A stretch of DNA of 64,000 nt. It comes from Octopus sinensis. Its lineage: Eukaryota. Shown here piece after piece: positions 1-12,490 of this stretch. The DNA lies in NCBI RefSeq assembly GCF_006345805.1, contig NC_042998.1, forward strand, positions 170,128,001-170,192,000, read 5' to 3'. Under the pieces are notes generated by a model. It had not been told where the DNA came from. It searched no databases and worked only from the letters and a program-made list of their open reading frames with translations. The stretch's first letter is position 1. Every line of letters starts with the position of its first letter. The position numbers and the translations under genes are program-made.

Positions 1-2773
1 CAGTTTTCAAGATGTTGAATAGGTTGATCCACTTCTGTGTTTTCAAATGTATTTGCTGGAAAAATACTTCCAAAATAGGGAAAGAGAGGCTTGAAGTGTG
101 TGTGTGTGTGTGTATTTGTTTTGTCTTTGAGAGCTGGTTGGGTAAAGACTTCAGTCTTCCTGATATTCACTGCAAAGCCAAAGCAATCATATGCATTGAT
201 GAAATTGTTGACTGATTTCTGGAGTTCCTGATGTGTGAGGCAAAGAGTAGCATTGTCATTTACATTTTGAACCTCTGAGATGTGTTGGATGCTGGTAATT
301 TGAAATCAAAATCTGGCTGTATTAAATCATTCAATATATGATGTCAACATATGCATTGTCTGAAAGAAGTTCAAAAAGCATCACATGCAAGTATAAAGAG
401 AACAGATTTGAACTGAAGTGAAGAAATGTTTAGCTTGTAATCAAAACTGATGAGTTTCAAAATATTATGCAATTTAAACAGACAATTGAGCTAAGTTTGA
501 ATGTGAATCTAATGCTTAGTTCAATAGCTTAAAGCAAATAAAAACATTATTTTGATAAAGTTTTGCAAATATGCTATTTTAGTTTCTAGACGTATGAGTG
601 TGGAATGGATAAGTTAATCAAAGATAGTTAACATGTATTGGTGGAGAGGGGTGACAACACAGTCAGAAAGAAACAAGTGTGGGGAAATAAGAGAACCTGA
701 AGTGATGGTCAAGAGATAGATCATGGCCAAGAATTGTGTGTATTCTAATGAATATAAAGGTGAGACTAGTTTTCCTTGAAAAGTAAGGCTAGTGGGACAT
801 TGTAAAGTCATAATCTCCAAGGAAAGAGAAAAAAATCAGGCATGCTGATCATTTGTGGACAGAAAAGTTAAGTTACCAATTCTTGTGGGGAAAAAGTCAA
901 GGTAATAGAAAAGGAACAAACTTGGAATCTAAAATCGCTGAAAGAATCAGTGCATATACTAAGCTTTTATAACCTTCCCAGTAGCCTTAGTACAGAAATG
1001 AACCTGTTGCCATAATAAATAAATAAAGATGCAAAAGTTAAGTTTAGAGCATCTAATTTTTACTACCTAAATAAGACAAGGACAGGGAATAAAAACATTT
1101 ATCAAAAGTTAAATGTAGTCATTCAGCTAATGAGCATGTTTTCAATCCTTGGGTCAGTCAAACAATAGCTCAGTCTATCTGTCTACTTGGTTAGATCTTG
1201 AATTCAAATGAAAGGTCATAATTTTTAGTTTTGATATTGATATTATACTTTAGAAGTATTGTAACTGATGTAAAATGTTGCATTTCTTCTCAGATTTGTG
1301 ACATTATGTTAAATGCATTAAGAAAAAAAAAACAAGGAATCTGTCCTTTTCACTATGAAAATCCAATTAAGTGGTAAATATTTTAAACTCTTGCTTAATG
1401 TTGTCATAATATACATTATATATAGCAATGTAATTGAAAAATTTGGGCTGTTTTTTAACATCTAGATCTAATCATTTGTTTTAAATGGTTGGTCATATGG
1501 CCTTGCCAAGTCTGAATCTTGGCTAAGTTCAAATTTCTCTGTCAGTTTTTCAATCTGTTCTAACTTGTCATCCATTAGCTTATCCTATTCAATATCACAC
1601 TTAGTTAACTCAAGAATGGATTTAATTTTGTTAATTCTAGACTCTACTCATTAGCTGGTTTCTTGAATATAATGCAATCAAGTTTTTGAATTATTTTTGT
1701 ATCCTTTGCTGAAGTCATAACCTCTTCTCTGAGGCAGTGTTGTTTAGCTTTCGTTTTTTCTTCTACATGCACACATATTTTCTATTTTTTTTACCTTATT
1801 TTATTATCCTTTTTTTTTGTGCTCTAACTTAAATCAATTAAGTGATCAAATTAAATTTCACTTAGTTAACTCTAGATGGGAGCTAATTTCACTTAGTTAA
1901 TTGATTGACACAATCTCTTAATCTTGGCATGAAAAAGCAAAACAATGACCCACCCTTCCACTCCTTCTCCCTTCTCTTCTATGCACAGAATCATTTTTTC
2001 TAGTGACAGATTTTATTATCTTAATTGTATAATGTTTATTTTTCTTTTCTGTTCCCTTTATTTTATTTATTTTCTATATTTTTTCATTTTACGTGCTCCC
2101 CCTCCTCCTCTTTCATTGATAGGGCTAAAGCGGTAGGTCTCTGAAGTCCCTCTGTGTAATATTATTTTCTGATTTTTTGGGTTTAGTGAAATCACTTACA
2201 TTTTAAGATATTTAAGAGTTCAGAATGTTATAGGAGGTTCATCAAAAAGTTTCTGGGATAACATTGCTAAAACTGCATTAAAAAAAAGTTATGATCTGTT
2301 GTAAGTAGATGGTTCTAACATGCCTACTTCACTTCAATTTAAATGTCGATTACTTCTACTAGGCTTCCAATTTCTTCTTGTCATGCAACAAGTTCCCTCT
2401 TACATTATCTCCTCTGATCCACACCTAGCCATAACAGCTACTGCACTATCTCATCTAGATCTTACTAGAGAAAAAATGCTGCTATCAAGCTGTCTTGACT
2501 GTCTCTTTTATTGCTGTTAGAAACTTTAAATATGATGACTCTGCTATCATCTAGGTATCATTTTGTACTGCATTTACTCCCGCTAAGTCTTTGCAGGTAC
2601 TTTATATTCCATAGACCTTATCTACTCACATTTACCATACACTTATAAAATGTGAAAATGCATAACTAGAGGATGATTTGTTGACAGAGAATGCTAACAA
2701 ATGTAACTTGCTTTTAGCTCAATGGTTTCAAGTAGAGATATAAAATGTACACTGGCACACATACACGTTGCTG

Positions 2774-2782
2774 TGTGTGTGT

Positions 2783-2832
<50 letters not shown>
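2774..2832. repeat. (GT)n(TA)n microsatellite
   Basis: Directly visible. Confidence 0.95.
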
Positions 2833-2834
<2 letters not shown>

Positions 2835-3406
2835 CAAATGGAAGATGGAATATACAAGAATTTATCACAACAATTGTTTTGACAAATCTAGCATCGATCC
2901 CTCACTGGTGGGACACTCGACAACTGGTTCAGGAGCATCCGGCGTTGCAGATGTATCTCATTGGGTGATAAATAGACACAACTCATTAAAATAACAGTTC
3001 TGCACTGTAACTCCTTGTTTTGTAGAAAGAAAAGCAGCCAGACAGAGGCAATATCTTCATTTACAGAGAAGATCAAAAATAAAATTACAGATGGAAAAAA
3101 AGAGAAATGAACACACAATACAGCAAGAAAAGTATTAAAAATAACTGTTAACAAATATGGATGTATAAATGCCATCGGGCAAGCTGCATGATGTGAGTAA
3201 ACTCAGTCATACAAGCATTTGCGAAAATGTGAGCATACACACGTGAGATTTGGTGCACTCACGATCACAAAGCAAGTTAACTATCTACTTGGTGTTTGTA
3301 AGAATGGGGAGTTTAAAAGTAAACTTAAGTCATCCATATCTTAAAGTAAATTATGTTAACAGTAACTCAAAATTCATTCCCACTGCATTGTGTGAAAGTA
3401 CATTGG

Positions 3407-3560
3407 TATGTTTATGTCCCCGTTACTTAGCGGTTCGGCAAAAGAGACCGATAGAATAAGTACTGGGCTTACAAAAGAATAAGTCCCGGGGTCAAATTGC
3501 TCGATTAAAGGCGGTGCTCCAGCATGGCCGCAGTCAAAATGACTGAAACAAGTAAAAGAG
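3407..3560 (+). mobile_element. SINE family A, 3' half
   Basis: gtccccgttacttagcggttcggcaaaagagaccgatagaataagtac...ccagcatggccgcagtc...gactgaaacaagtaaaagag, shared with at least 10 other copies in the window. Confidence 0.85.
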
Positions 3561-3562
3561 TA

Positions 3563-4013
3563 TATATATATATTTAGTCAATAATAAAGGGTAAAATTAA
3601 TTAATTATTAATTAATTTGACCAAGCAGTGTTCGGTATGTAAAACGACCATTTACGGTATATTTGAAATATTACTTTATAAAAATAGGGTAAAGTAAAAT
3701 AATTTACTTTACCACATTCCGAGCTTTTTAGAAATAGCAGCCAAAAATTTGGCTATTTCTTCTACTGCAAGAAAAGTCTCCCAGACAATGCCTACTCAGA
3801 AATAACTCACATAGGTATAAGGGAAAAACAACGAAAGATCTCATCCATATGAGATCACCCGAGGACAAGCCTGTTTCTGGATTAGTTGACTAAATGCCAA
3901 CATTTCCTTCATCAGCTCAGAGATTTCTTCTGATCTGGATCTGAAAGTACTAAAAATCAAACATACCCGTCCGATATGAGTAACACCGGACAAACCATAT
4001 ATATATATCAGGT
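3563..4013 (-). mobile_element. About 450-bp (TA)n-bracketed element carrying a hammerhead motif (Penelope-like pLTR / retrozyme-like)
   Basis: (TA)n on both sides, CpG-containing unique sequence and a hammerhead core on the minus strand. Confidence 0.6.
3854..3924 (-). ncRNA. Type I hammerhead ribozyme-like motif
   Basis: Minus strand: ATCTCTGAG CTGATGA A GGAAATGTTGG..TCAACTAATCC A GAAAC AGGCTT GTC CTCGGGTGAT. Core boxes and GUC triplet are intact, stem I has about 9 bp, stem II is imperfect and stem III is near-palindromic. Confidence 0.7.
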
Positions 4014-4859
4014 CATTAAGAATGAAATGTCTAGTTTTGAACTGAAAGTTTATTTTACTTTATCTCAACAAAAAGCAAAGCAGTTAATCAAAAGTATGCA
4101 CCTAAATTATCAACACAATTTTCCATTTTATCAGTAGCTTATGCCAGCAGCAAAAAATTCTGGAGAGCAAGAGGTGATGAAATCACAAAAGACTGTTTTT
4201 GTATTCTCTTCAGATTTGAATTTTTTTCTTTAAAAAAAGTTGTCCAATGTCTGGAAAACATGATCATTAGTTGTTGCATGGTTTGGTGAATATAGTGGAT
4301 GATGGAGTACTTCCAAGTTCTGTTCCTGTAACTTGAATAGCGTTCTTTGTGCAACATGTGGTTGGGCATTGTCTTGCATTGGTCTGTGCAAGGCTACAAT
4401 AGATGGTACTTACTCAAAATGTGCAATGAGATAGAACTTGAAACTACTTCGTTACCAAGCAAACTCGGTATCTATGCAGCCATGCTGTATCTATAACTGA
4501 ATTCTGGTGGGATTTGAACTCAAAGACCTGAAACAACTACTACAACAAATAGTCTATTAGATGCTATGTCAAAACGGAAGTCTCTAAAATGTTTGGTATT
4601 ATTTATTTCTCATTACATATGTTTCATTACTAACAGGTGTTACATAGGTATACATATAGAAAAACGTATAAGATGTCTATTAGTAATGAAACACAAGTAA
4701 TCAGAAAAAAAAATTATACTCAAAAAGTGTTTTCCAGTATTCTCAACACTCATATAAAATATAACATCTACAAATATACTTTGGAGTACTGCAGGGAGTG
4801 TACTTAAGACTCATTTTCTCATGCTGGCATGAGTTGGGTGAATATAAAATGGCATTGTT

Positions 4860-5013
4860 ATGTACATAAATACATACACACACATACATACACATACATA
4901 TACACACATACATACACACAAACATGCACACAAACATACATACACACACATATGCACACACACATATGCATACACATACATATATACATACACATACATA
5001 TATATACATACAC
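4860..5013. repeat. Degenerate (CA/TA/CATA)n low-complexity tract
   Basis: Directly visible. It explains the VCVY/HTHT ORFs. Confidence 0.9.
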
Positions 5014-5575
5014 ATTACAGAAAGAAAGAAACCAAGAGGTGTCTTTCTCTTTATGATAAGGTTTCAATATATATTCTGAGTGAAATTTGAGACAGTCAGT
5101 CGCTGTTACATACTTTTAACTGAAAGTATGTTACTAGTAACTAAAAAAAACAAGTTTAGTAAGGGTGGAGTTAGGAAGGACTAAATGCTAAGGTTAGTAA
5201 AGAAACATGAGCAAAATTTTGCTAAGCATGAGTAAAAACAAATATTTTCAGCTATGTCTTTGCCCACCCAATTGTGCAAATACGCCTTAGCACATGGTTA
5301 ATAGTTTCTCCGCACAACGTGTGTGTTTGTGTCTCTCACACATGAATACATTTTGTTAATTTTCTTTTATTTTCTTAATCATACTTGTTTTGCTCTTAAT
5401 CTAAACAGAATTACCTTATATTTAAATGGTATGGTTATCTTTTTAATTCTTTTTCAGTGTACCTTTCATATCTTGTGGAAATTTTGTGACTGGGTGCATG
5501 TGCACTCACAAGTACACCCGCATATCAACGTGCAATTATAACATCACTGAAAACTTTCTCAGTAAATTATGGTTA

Positions 5576-6439
5576 CAGGGTGCTTGGGCTGAATTTAAAG
5601 ATGTTTTTGCCTTTTCTTTTCTGGAACAGTCTCTAGTGGTGAATAATAAATGGTGTTGGAGAGCATAAAGATTGAAGTTGTATTTGAGAAGAAACTGACA
5701 TAGAGATTGGATGCCATCTGAGCATTGGGAAAAAGTTAGCTGTATCATGAGGATTCGCATCAAGTATCAAAATGCTGATATCATGACTGCTACTGAACGC
5801 TCTGTACACGCTGTAAAAGCTGTGAGACATGCCATGGAAAGCTGCAACAGAGACTACAAAGCTGTGGCCAGTAGGAAGGGATTGTTCTGACCTGGAATTC
5901 ATTCCCACATCTTTGAACAGGGCCTTAGGCTCAATTCAGACAGCTATGTGAAGCTCTTGGAGCCTGTGGTCAATCCCTGACTGGAGAGGATTGTTGTTGG
6001 AAGGCCATATGTATGGCAGCAGGATTCATCTCCTCCAGAAAGTCAGATATGGTTGTTGGAGAATTTCTGCAACTTCACCAGCTCCAATTTCTGGCCTCCT
6101 GCTTCCCCTGAGTGAAATCCCATGGATTACTTTGTGTGTGGTGTGGTTGAGAAACACACCAACTGCTCTGCCCATAATGTCATGGCCATTCTAGTAGCCA
6201 AGATCAAGGAGCTATTTGAAGATCCTTACTGGGACACAGTGAGGAATGTGTGCCAGGTTTTGGAGACATCTTGAGGCGATGGTTGAAGCTAAGAGCAGCT
6301 ACTTTGAGTAAACTGTTAGTTCCAAGCTATAATCTAGTTGATATTTTTTGAGTTTTTAAAAAAAATACTTTTATTTTTGGATGGGATATTGTTTTCTTTT
6401 CTGTTTCTGCAAACTGGCAAATTTAGCTCAAACATGCTG
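5576..6439 (+). mobile_element. Internally deleted Tc1/mariner (maT/DD37D-like) transposon with degraded transposase
   Basis: TA-flanked degenerate TIRs (cagggtgcttgggctgaattt / aaatttagctcaaacatgctg). About 5905-6311 translates, with stops and frameshifts, as IFEQGLRLNSDSYVKLLE..GRPYVWQQDS..WLLENF..FWPPASPE*NPMDYFVCGVVE..LEAMVEAKSSYFE*. Confidence 0.85.
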
Positions 6440-6819
6440 TATATTCTGTATTCAGTTTAGTTTTATACTAATTTACTTTATATCATTTTATTTTGTTTGT
6501 GTGTTCTTTATATTAAATACCATTTTTTATGAACTTCTTGATAGCTGTAATTTATGCATGCTATACTTTTTCCATCCATTTGGAGAAGTCATAAATTATT
6601 CTAGTTCTAAAAAAAAGTTAACCTCACATTGCTGATAAACTATTACCGGTTGTAGCTGATTGTCTCTTACTTACTGTTAAACAGATTCTAAGAAAACATG
6701 AAAGTGATTTGCATCTTGGCAGATATTAACAATTTGACAAATCTGTTTAGAAATAACTTGTTGCATTCAAGTAGTGGGTATTAATATTTGTAAACTATAG
6801 AAATACTTTTGAATTTGTT

Positions 6820-7570
6820 CGGAGAGTAAGCACATTTGAGATATTATAGTTGTATAGTATACTTCAGTATATCATAATTTACATTATTTTCATTCAACAG
6901 ATATTTGTCCTCATCTTGTTTGTTGTTAACATGTTTCGGCTGATATACCCTCCAGCCTTCTTCAGTTATCTTGGGGAAATTTTGAACCTGGGTTCTCATA
7001 CCTAAGGTATTTTTCGATTTTATTATTATTATTGTTTATGTCACTGCTTGAAATCACGCTCTTAACCACTACGCCATATGCCCATGGGCAATTACGGAGT
7101 GAATTTTAGGGCTTATAAATCTAATATTTTTCTATCCTTCCTTAATACTGGTTCCCATATGCTGCTCATTTCTGCACTTGGTCTGCTTAGGAGGTTGTTG
7201 TGTCCTAGCATATGTGCTGCTTCTTTTAGTTTTCGTATTTTTCAGTGGTGTTCTCTGTCTATTATTTTAACTTCATCCCACAGGGGGAGGTGGTTTCTAT
7301 TTTATATACATGATTAGCTATACCCGATTTATCAATATCTCCTCATGTCACAGCTTTGCGATGTTCGTCTACCCTTAATTTGAGGGGGCAGCATGTTTCA
7401 CCTTTGTATAACCTACCATAGCTGCATGAATATGAACAAGGACTGTATGTACTCCATCCCATGCAGCTGTGGTAGGTTGTACAGCCGAAATGTTGTGTTA
7501 GCAACAAACAAGATGAGGTCAAATATCTGTCGAATGTAAATAATGTACGTAATTCCTCATCCCTTAAATA
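6820..7570 (-). mobile_element. Penelope-like element 3' fragment: GIY-YIG endonuclease remnant, pLTR with hammerhead and an inverted 5' segment
   Basis: Minus strand about 7428-7120: CSYGRLYKGETCCPLKLRVDEHRKAVT*GDIDKSGIANHVYK../NHLPLWDEVKIIDREHH*KIRKLKEAAHMLGHNNLLSRPSAEMSSIWEPVLRK. Plus strand 7435-7482: NKDCMYSIPCSCGRLY. pLTR sequence occurs inverted at about 6880-6940 and 7482-7545. Confidence 0.85.
6925..6972 (-). ncRNA. Degenerate minimal hammerhead ribozyme in Penelope pLTR
   Basis: Minus: CTGAAGA A GGCTG gagggtatat CAGCC GAAAC ATGTT. Stem II is a perfect 5 bp; stem I is not formed in this copy. Confidence 0.6.
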
Positions 7571-9171
7571 TAGAACTACTTCAATATATCATGCAACTTT
7601 AATATCTCAAACATGATGCCATTAAATTACTTGATGTAATTACAGCAATTCTTCAAGGTGATGCTTTAGTACACTTCCTTTTATCGTTATCCTTGGTTAG
7701 ATGTTTTGCAAACACTACCCCTGTGAAGTACTTAGCAGCTATTTTAACTATTGTCACTGCATACTGTTGATGGTGTTATATGAATCACTAATCTTTCAGC
7801 TGATTGATCTATGGCTTATTGACATGGTATTTCAAAGATATTTAAGAAACGTGAAATTATTAAACTGAATTAATTTTTAAGGTAAGCTCAGGAATTCAGA
7901 GTAACTGTTGGTTGTCTCTGTCTGCAGAAGTTCATTCATAAAAATTGGTAGCTAAAAATAATCTTAAAGTGAATTAATTTGTCATGAGTTGTAAAAAATT
8001 CAGACATTTGTCATAATTCTTTTTCTTTTCCCTTAGCTAATTAACTTGGTGTAATTATTTCTATTCTCTGGACATTTTGTGAAAATATTGTTTTATAACT
8101 GAAGAGCTTTTCCATAGTTTTGTTGTAACTTTCTTTTCTAAGTTAGATATTTGTAAATTAATTTTAATTTGAGAGTTATTGTATCTCCTATAACTTTTAA
8201 TGAAAACAAACACAACTTTGCAGCCCAGCTTTTCAGTCCCTTGAAATGGTTTTCTTTGTCCATTGTAAAATTTTTTTTCAAGTGATATGTATTTAAGCAT
8301 CATGTCTATCTGTTTATCTCGCTTATGCTTATATCGTCTTGCATTGTAAGTTAGTTCTGAAAAATGGCTAAATATTAACTATTTTCATGTCATTTCAATG
8401 AGTAATGTTTTAAGGCTACTGTCTGTTATTTAGAAAAATAACTTCTATTGTTTATTGTTAGCTGATGGCCTTAAGTCCCCCTTCCCTTTTTTTTCTTTGC
8501 ATTGTTTTAAAGCAACTGAAAAGAAATCAGTATAGTGGTAGGGTAGTATTCATATGATTTCTTTGTCTATTATGGTTATTTGAAAAGTATTTTACTTGTA
8601 TATCTCATATTTTTAGTCAGTGTGTCATATGAATACTACTGATGTCTTCTAGTTCATAAGGACTCAGGTTTTCTGTTTGTTCATTATTTTACTTTCATAT
8701 GTCAGCCTTACAAGGAAGCCAGATACATAATTTTAATTAGCATTGACTACATTTTGGTTCTTTGTTTAATTTTGTTAAAATCATATAATTACTTACTCAT
8801 ACCAATTCCCTTATGGGACCTCTGTGAAACAATAATGTGTGTGTTGGGAATAGACAATAATAATCTCAAAAGGTGGGCAGGGGCGGTATTTTCTTGGGGA
8901 AATGATGAATTTTGATGGGAAGGCTGATTTGTTTCACCTTGTAAATTTCAACTTTATGGTAACTCTCATGCTGTCCCTTTGTCGGTTTCAACAATATTGT
9001 TTATTAAGTCATTTTCCAAATTTTCATTTAGCACTGTCATGTCTCAGTTACATCATGCTAAAACAAATAGAATAATTGCATTGAAAATAATATTGTCTGT
9101 GCATATGACAGATGAATACTGCGCACAAGATAAGCTTTCAATCTTTCCAAATAATTCTTTCATGATATTTT

Positions 9172-10288
9172 TCATGGGAAAAAAATTTTTTTGTTGAATT
9201 CATTTTACACAATATTTCTATTACAAAATATACAGAATTTTAAAGACCATCACAATAATCTATCAGCCGTTTGGGAGACATGACAGAACACAATCTCTAG
9301 TAATTCATATCACAGATTCCTCTGTATATGTCACTTCAAAAATCACAATAACACTAATATATAACCATAACAACATTCTACTATAGCAGAAAATCAACCA
9401 ATCAATCCACTCAACTGAATGAAAAGGAATTTTTACCAAAAAATTATGAAGTATAGCTCTCCTTTAGTTATTGGAATATACTACTAGATAGTTAATTATT
9501 TTCCAATTACATGGTTCCTGGTTCGGTTCTACTACATAGCATCTTCAACAAGTGAGTTGACAAAAACCTTGTGGTGGATTTAGTAGATGGAAGCTGAAAG
9601 AAATCCATTGTGTGTGTGTCTTACTCCTTACCTTGACAAAATGGGATATAGATGAGTGTCACCATCATGCAAGTTGTATCCTTTGTCTCCAATCTTCCAT
9701 GGAAACATGTTGGGTTATGGGGAAATATTACCTTACTTGGTAAGGGTTACTGACAGGAAGAGCATCTGGCCAAAGAAAATATGTCTTAATAAATTCCATC
9801 CATCTCATGTGAACATGGAAAAGTAGGCATCAAACTGATGATCACACACACATGCACAGCAAGAGAGAGAGACAGGATTTCCTGTAAAATATCAATACTG
9901 GAAATTCACAATTCAAATGAAACAATATATGTTTGTTCTACATTGAATTTTATATTAGTTTCTATGTTATCAATGTCATTTAATATGTTCACAAATTCTT
10001 ATAAACATCTCTTAAAGAGGACAGATGAATACTTAATCTCTTCAATAACTACTTCAACCTAGAAGTGTCTTTTCTACAGACAATCTATATACATTGCAAC
10101 TAAATTAAGTTGAATAAGTATTTATCATGGGAAAAAAAAAATTTGTTGAATTCATTTTACACAATACTTCTACTACTACAAAATATACAGAATTTTAAAG
10201 ACCATCACAATAATCTATCAGTCTTTTGGGAAACATGACAGAACACAATCTCTAGCAATTCATATAACTGATTCCTCTGTATATGTCA
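9172..10288. repeat. Diverged direct repeat, about 165 bp, at 9172-9333 and 10125-10288
   Basis: catgggaaaaaa..ttgttgaattcattttacacaata...ctctgtatatgtca is present twice, about 950 bp apart. Confidence 0.9.
9500..9842 (+). mobile_element. Old SINE: family A 5' half joined to an RTE-type 3' tail
   Basis: gtggatttagtagatggaagctgaaaga followed by tgacaggaagagcatctggcc...catggaaaagtaggcatcaaactgatgat. Confidence 0.6.
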
Positions 10289-10810
10289 TCTGTGTTTATA
10301 TCTACATTTTAGTTTTTAGCCATCACAGTCTCTAGAAAGCCCACCCACAGTGTAGCAACAGTATAATTGCCATTCATGATTTATATTCTGTGTCCTTAGC
10401 TATGTTTAATCTCTCCCTATTCATGTTGTAATAAAATTGAAGGATGCTGTGTAACAGCAGGTTCTTTAAGAATATGTCAACCATTTACTTATATAAACTG
10501 AACTCCCAGCATTTTAAGTTGTGCAGTTAAGTTTTTATCCCTATTGGCTAGTTAAATAATAACATCTATAATTGATACATGAGTTTGGGAAATAAGGGCA
10601 TCAGATCAGTCATGAAAGTGATTGAAAGAGATGCAGTAATTGAATTTTTACCAGGATGTTGAACCATAAAGGAAATATTCCAAATGAACCAACTGCAAGA
10701 GAAACTCCTAACTAAGTGCAAAAACCTCTCCTTCATATTTGTTTATCTGTAGAACCCTTTTCATAGTTGCCTATGCTATGTAGTAAGGCTAATAGCAAAA
10801 ATTTAAATAA

Positions 10811-10967
10811 AGGCATGGCTGTGTTTTAAGAAGCTTGCTTTCCAACCACATGGTTCTGGGTTCAGTTCCACTGCGTGACACCTTGTGCGAGTGTCTTCTA
10901 CTATATCTTCAGGTTAACCAAAGCCTTGTGAGTGGATTTGGTAGACAGAAACTGAAAGAAGCCTGTC
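10811..10967 (+). mobile_element. SINE family A, 5' half (tRNA-like head)
   Basis: aggcatggctgtg..aagaagcttgcttt ccaaccacatggttctgggttcagttccactgcgtg...gtggatttggtagacagaaactgaaagaagcc. Confidence 0.85.
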
Positions 10968-11229
10968 AGTGGTTTAGGTCTTATTTCTACCAATGTAGGT
11001 GTTTACTAACACCTTAGTTACATTTAATGACAATCATAATTCTCCATTTTGGTGAAACATTGCAAACTGCTGTTTATAATAATTATATATATATATATAT
11101 CTCTTCTCTAGTTGGGATCACTAGCATTATTATTTCCCTTTCATTCAACCTCTTTTTGTTTATTATTATCTCCCTTTCTTTCAAACTTTTTTTTCCTTCC
11201 AGTCATTCTCCTGCTGAACACTACATGTT

Positions 11230-11390
11230 TTTTTCATTCTCTCTCTGTTTATTTCCTCTCATTCCTTTGTGTTGAAGAGCGGAGACTTGAAACATAAAAA
11301 ACTTATTCATTTTTCCTGAGCGTCAAACTAATACACTTGCTTCTTGTTCATATACCTGTCTTTGTCTTTCTATAAATTTCAACTATATAT
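11230..11390 (+). mobile_element. Degenerate Penelope-like pLTR fragment (same family as 43.0-43.2 kb)
   Basis: tgttgaagagcggagacttgaaacataaaaac...tttcctgagcgtcaaactaataca aligns with 43074-43145; (TA)n flanks. Confidence 0.6.
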
Positions 11391-12280
11391 ATATATATAA
11401 TGTATGTGTGTATGTTTTTGTCCACCACCACTGCTTGACAAGCACTATGGTTGATTCATTCATCTAAAAATTCCTCAGGGCAATGCCCCAGCATGGCCGC
11501 AGTCTTATGACTGAAACAAGTAAAAGATGAAAGATATGAATGAAAAGCTCATAACTGAACTTAGGCCAAGATTGTTAGTTAATTCAGTTGATGATTACTT
11601 AGGTAAGATTACCTAGATAAGTTTCAGCCGAAGTTGGCCCAGGCCATGTCTAATTTAATTGCTTTGTTTCTTCATTGTAGTCATTAAAGTGATATCACAA
11701 GTGTCTGAAACTGAATATCCCTGACAGTTTGTATATACAGCTGACTGGGTTTTCAACTCAATATCTTTTGAAGAGCTATTGAACTGTATTAATCCTGAAA
11801 GAGTAGTCTTGTGATACAAAGCTTCATATGACCACAACCAAAAGTTATAGAGCATAAACATTAAAAAAAATGAGGAACTCCTGAGAAGTGGTCTTGTTTA
11901 ATATGTAAACATATGACTGGTAGGAAGTTTCAACTATATATGCAGCACAAGCAGCAGAATCATAAAAATGTGCTGTAAAACCCCTCAAATGAGAAACCAG
12001 GTTGTTAAATGTACATGTTTAATTACTATACAGGCCCTCAAAACACAATGTCATTCATAGACTTGTGGATTAGTCTTGAGAAATAGTATGTTTGCTTATT
12101 TCTATATTTGGTATAATTAATGCTGAATATGGTTGTAGCTAAGTAGATAGTACTTGCTGGAAGCAAAACACTTTTCTCTGTATGCATAAGATGACTTTAT
12201 GACGCTATCTACATAGCAGTCAACACTTGTGGAGTGGTTGAGCAAATTTCCATTGGATATATTTGCATGAAATTTAGGTA

Positions 12281-12490
12281 TTAACCACTTGGCATTTAAA
12301 TTGGCTATATCTGGCCAAAATATGCCTCCTGCTTTTATGTTCCGACTGGCCTGATCTTACCTCTCACACCTACCCTACAATGTCATCTTAAAAATAGACA
12401 ATAACATCATCAAAATCTCAAAGCTATGAGACAACACATGATTAATTCAAAACAATATGAATAAATAAGCTTTACATTTGGCAGAGTAAT
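12281..12490 (-). mobile_element. piggyBac-type (TTAA) MITE, degraded
   Basis: Reverse complement of the 26580-26788 element, beginning ttaaccacttggcatttaaa. Confidence 0.7.

Noticed and set aside
444-460. CTGATGA here and at about 17076, 47853, 48549, 48598, 51892, 52013
   Set aside because: There is no stem II followed by GAAAC, so these are chance heptamers and not hammerheads.
120-850. Possible decayed transposase or LINE coding sequence
   Set aside because: No diagnostic motif could be read in any frame.
2380-2660. Possible CR1/L2 RT C-terminal remnant
   Set aside because: The resemblance is too weak to support.
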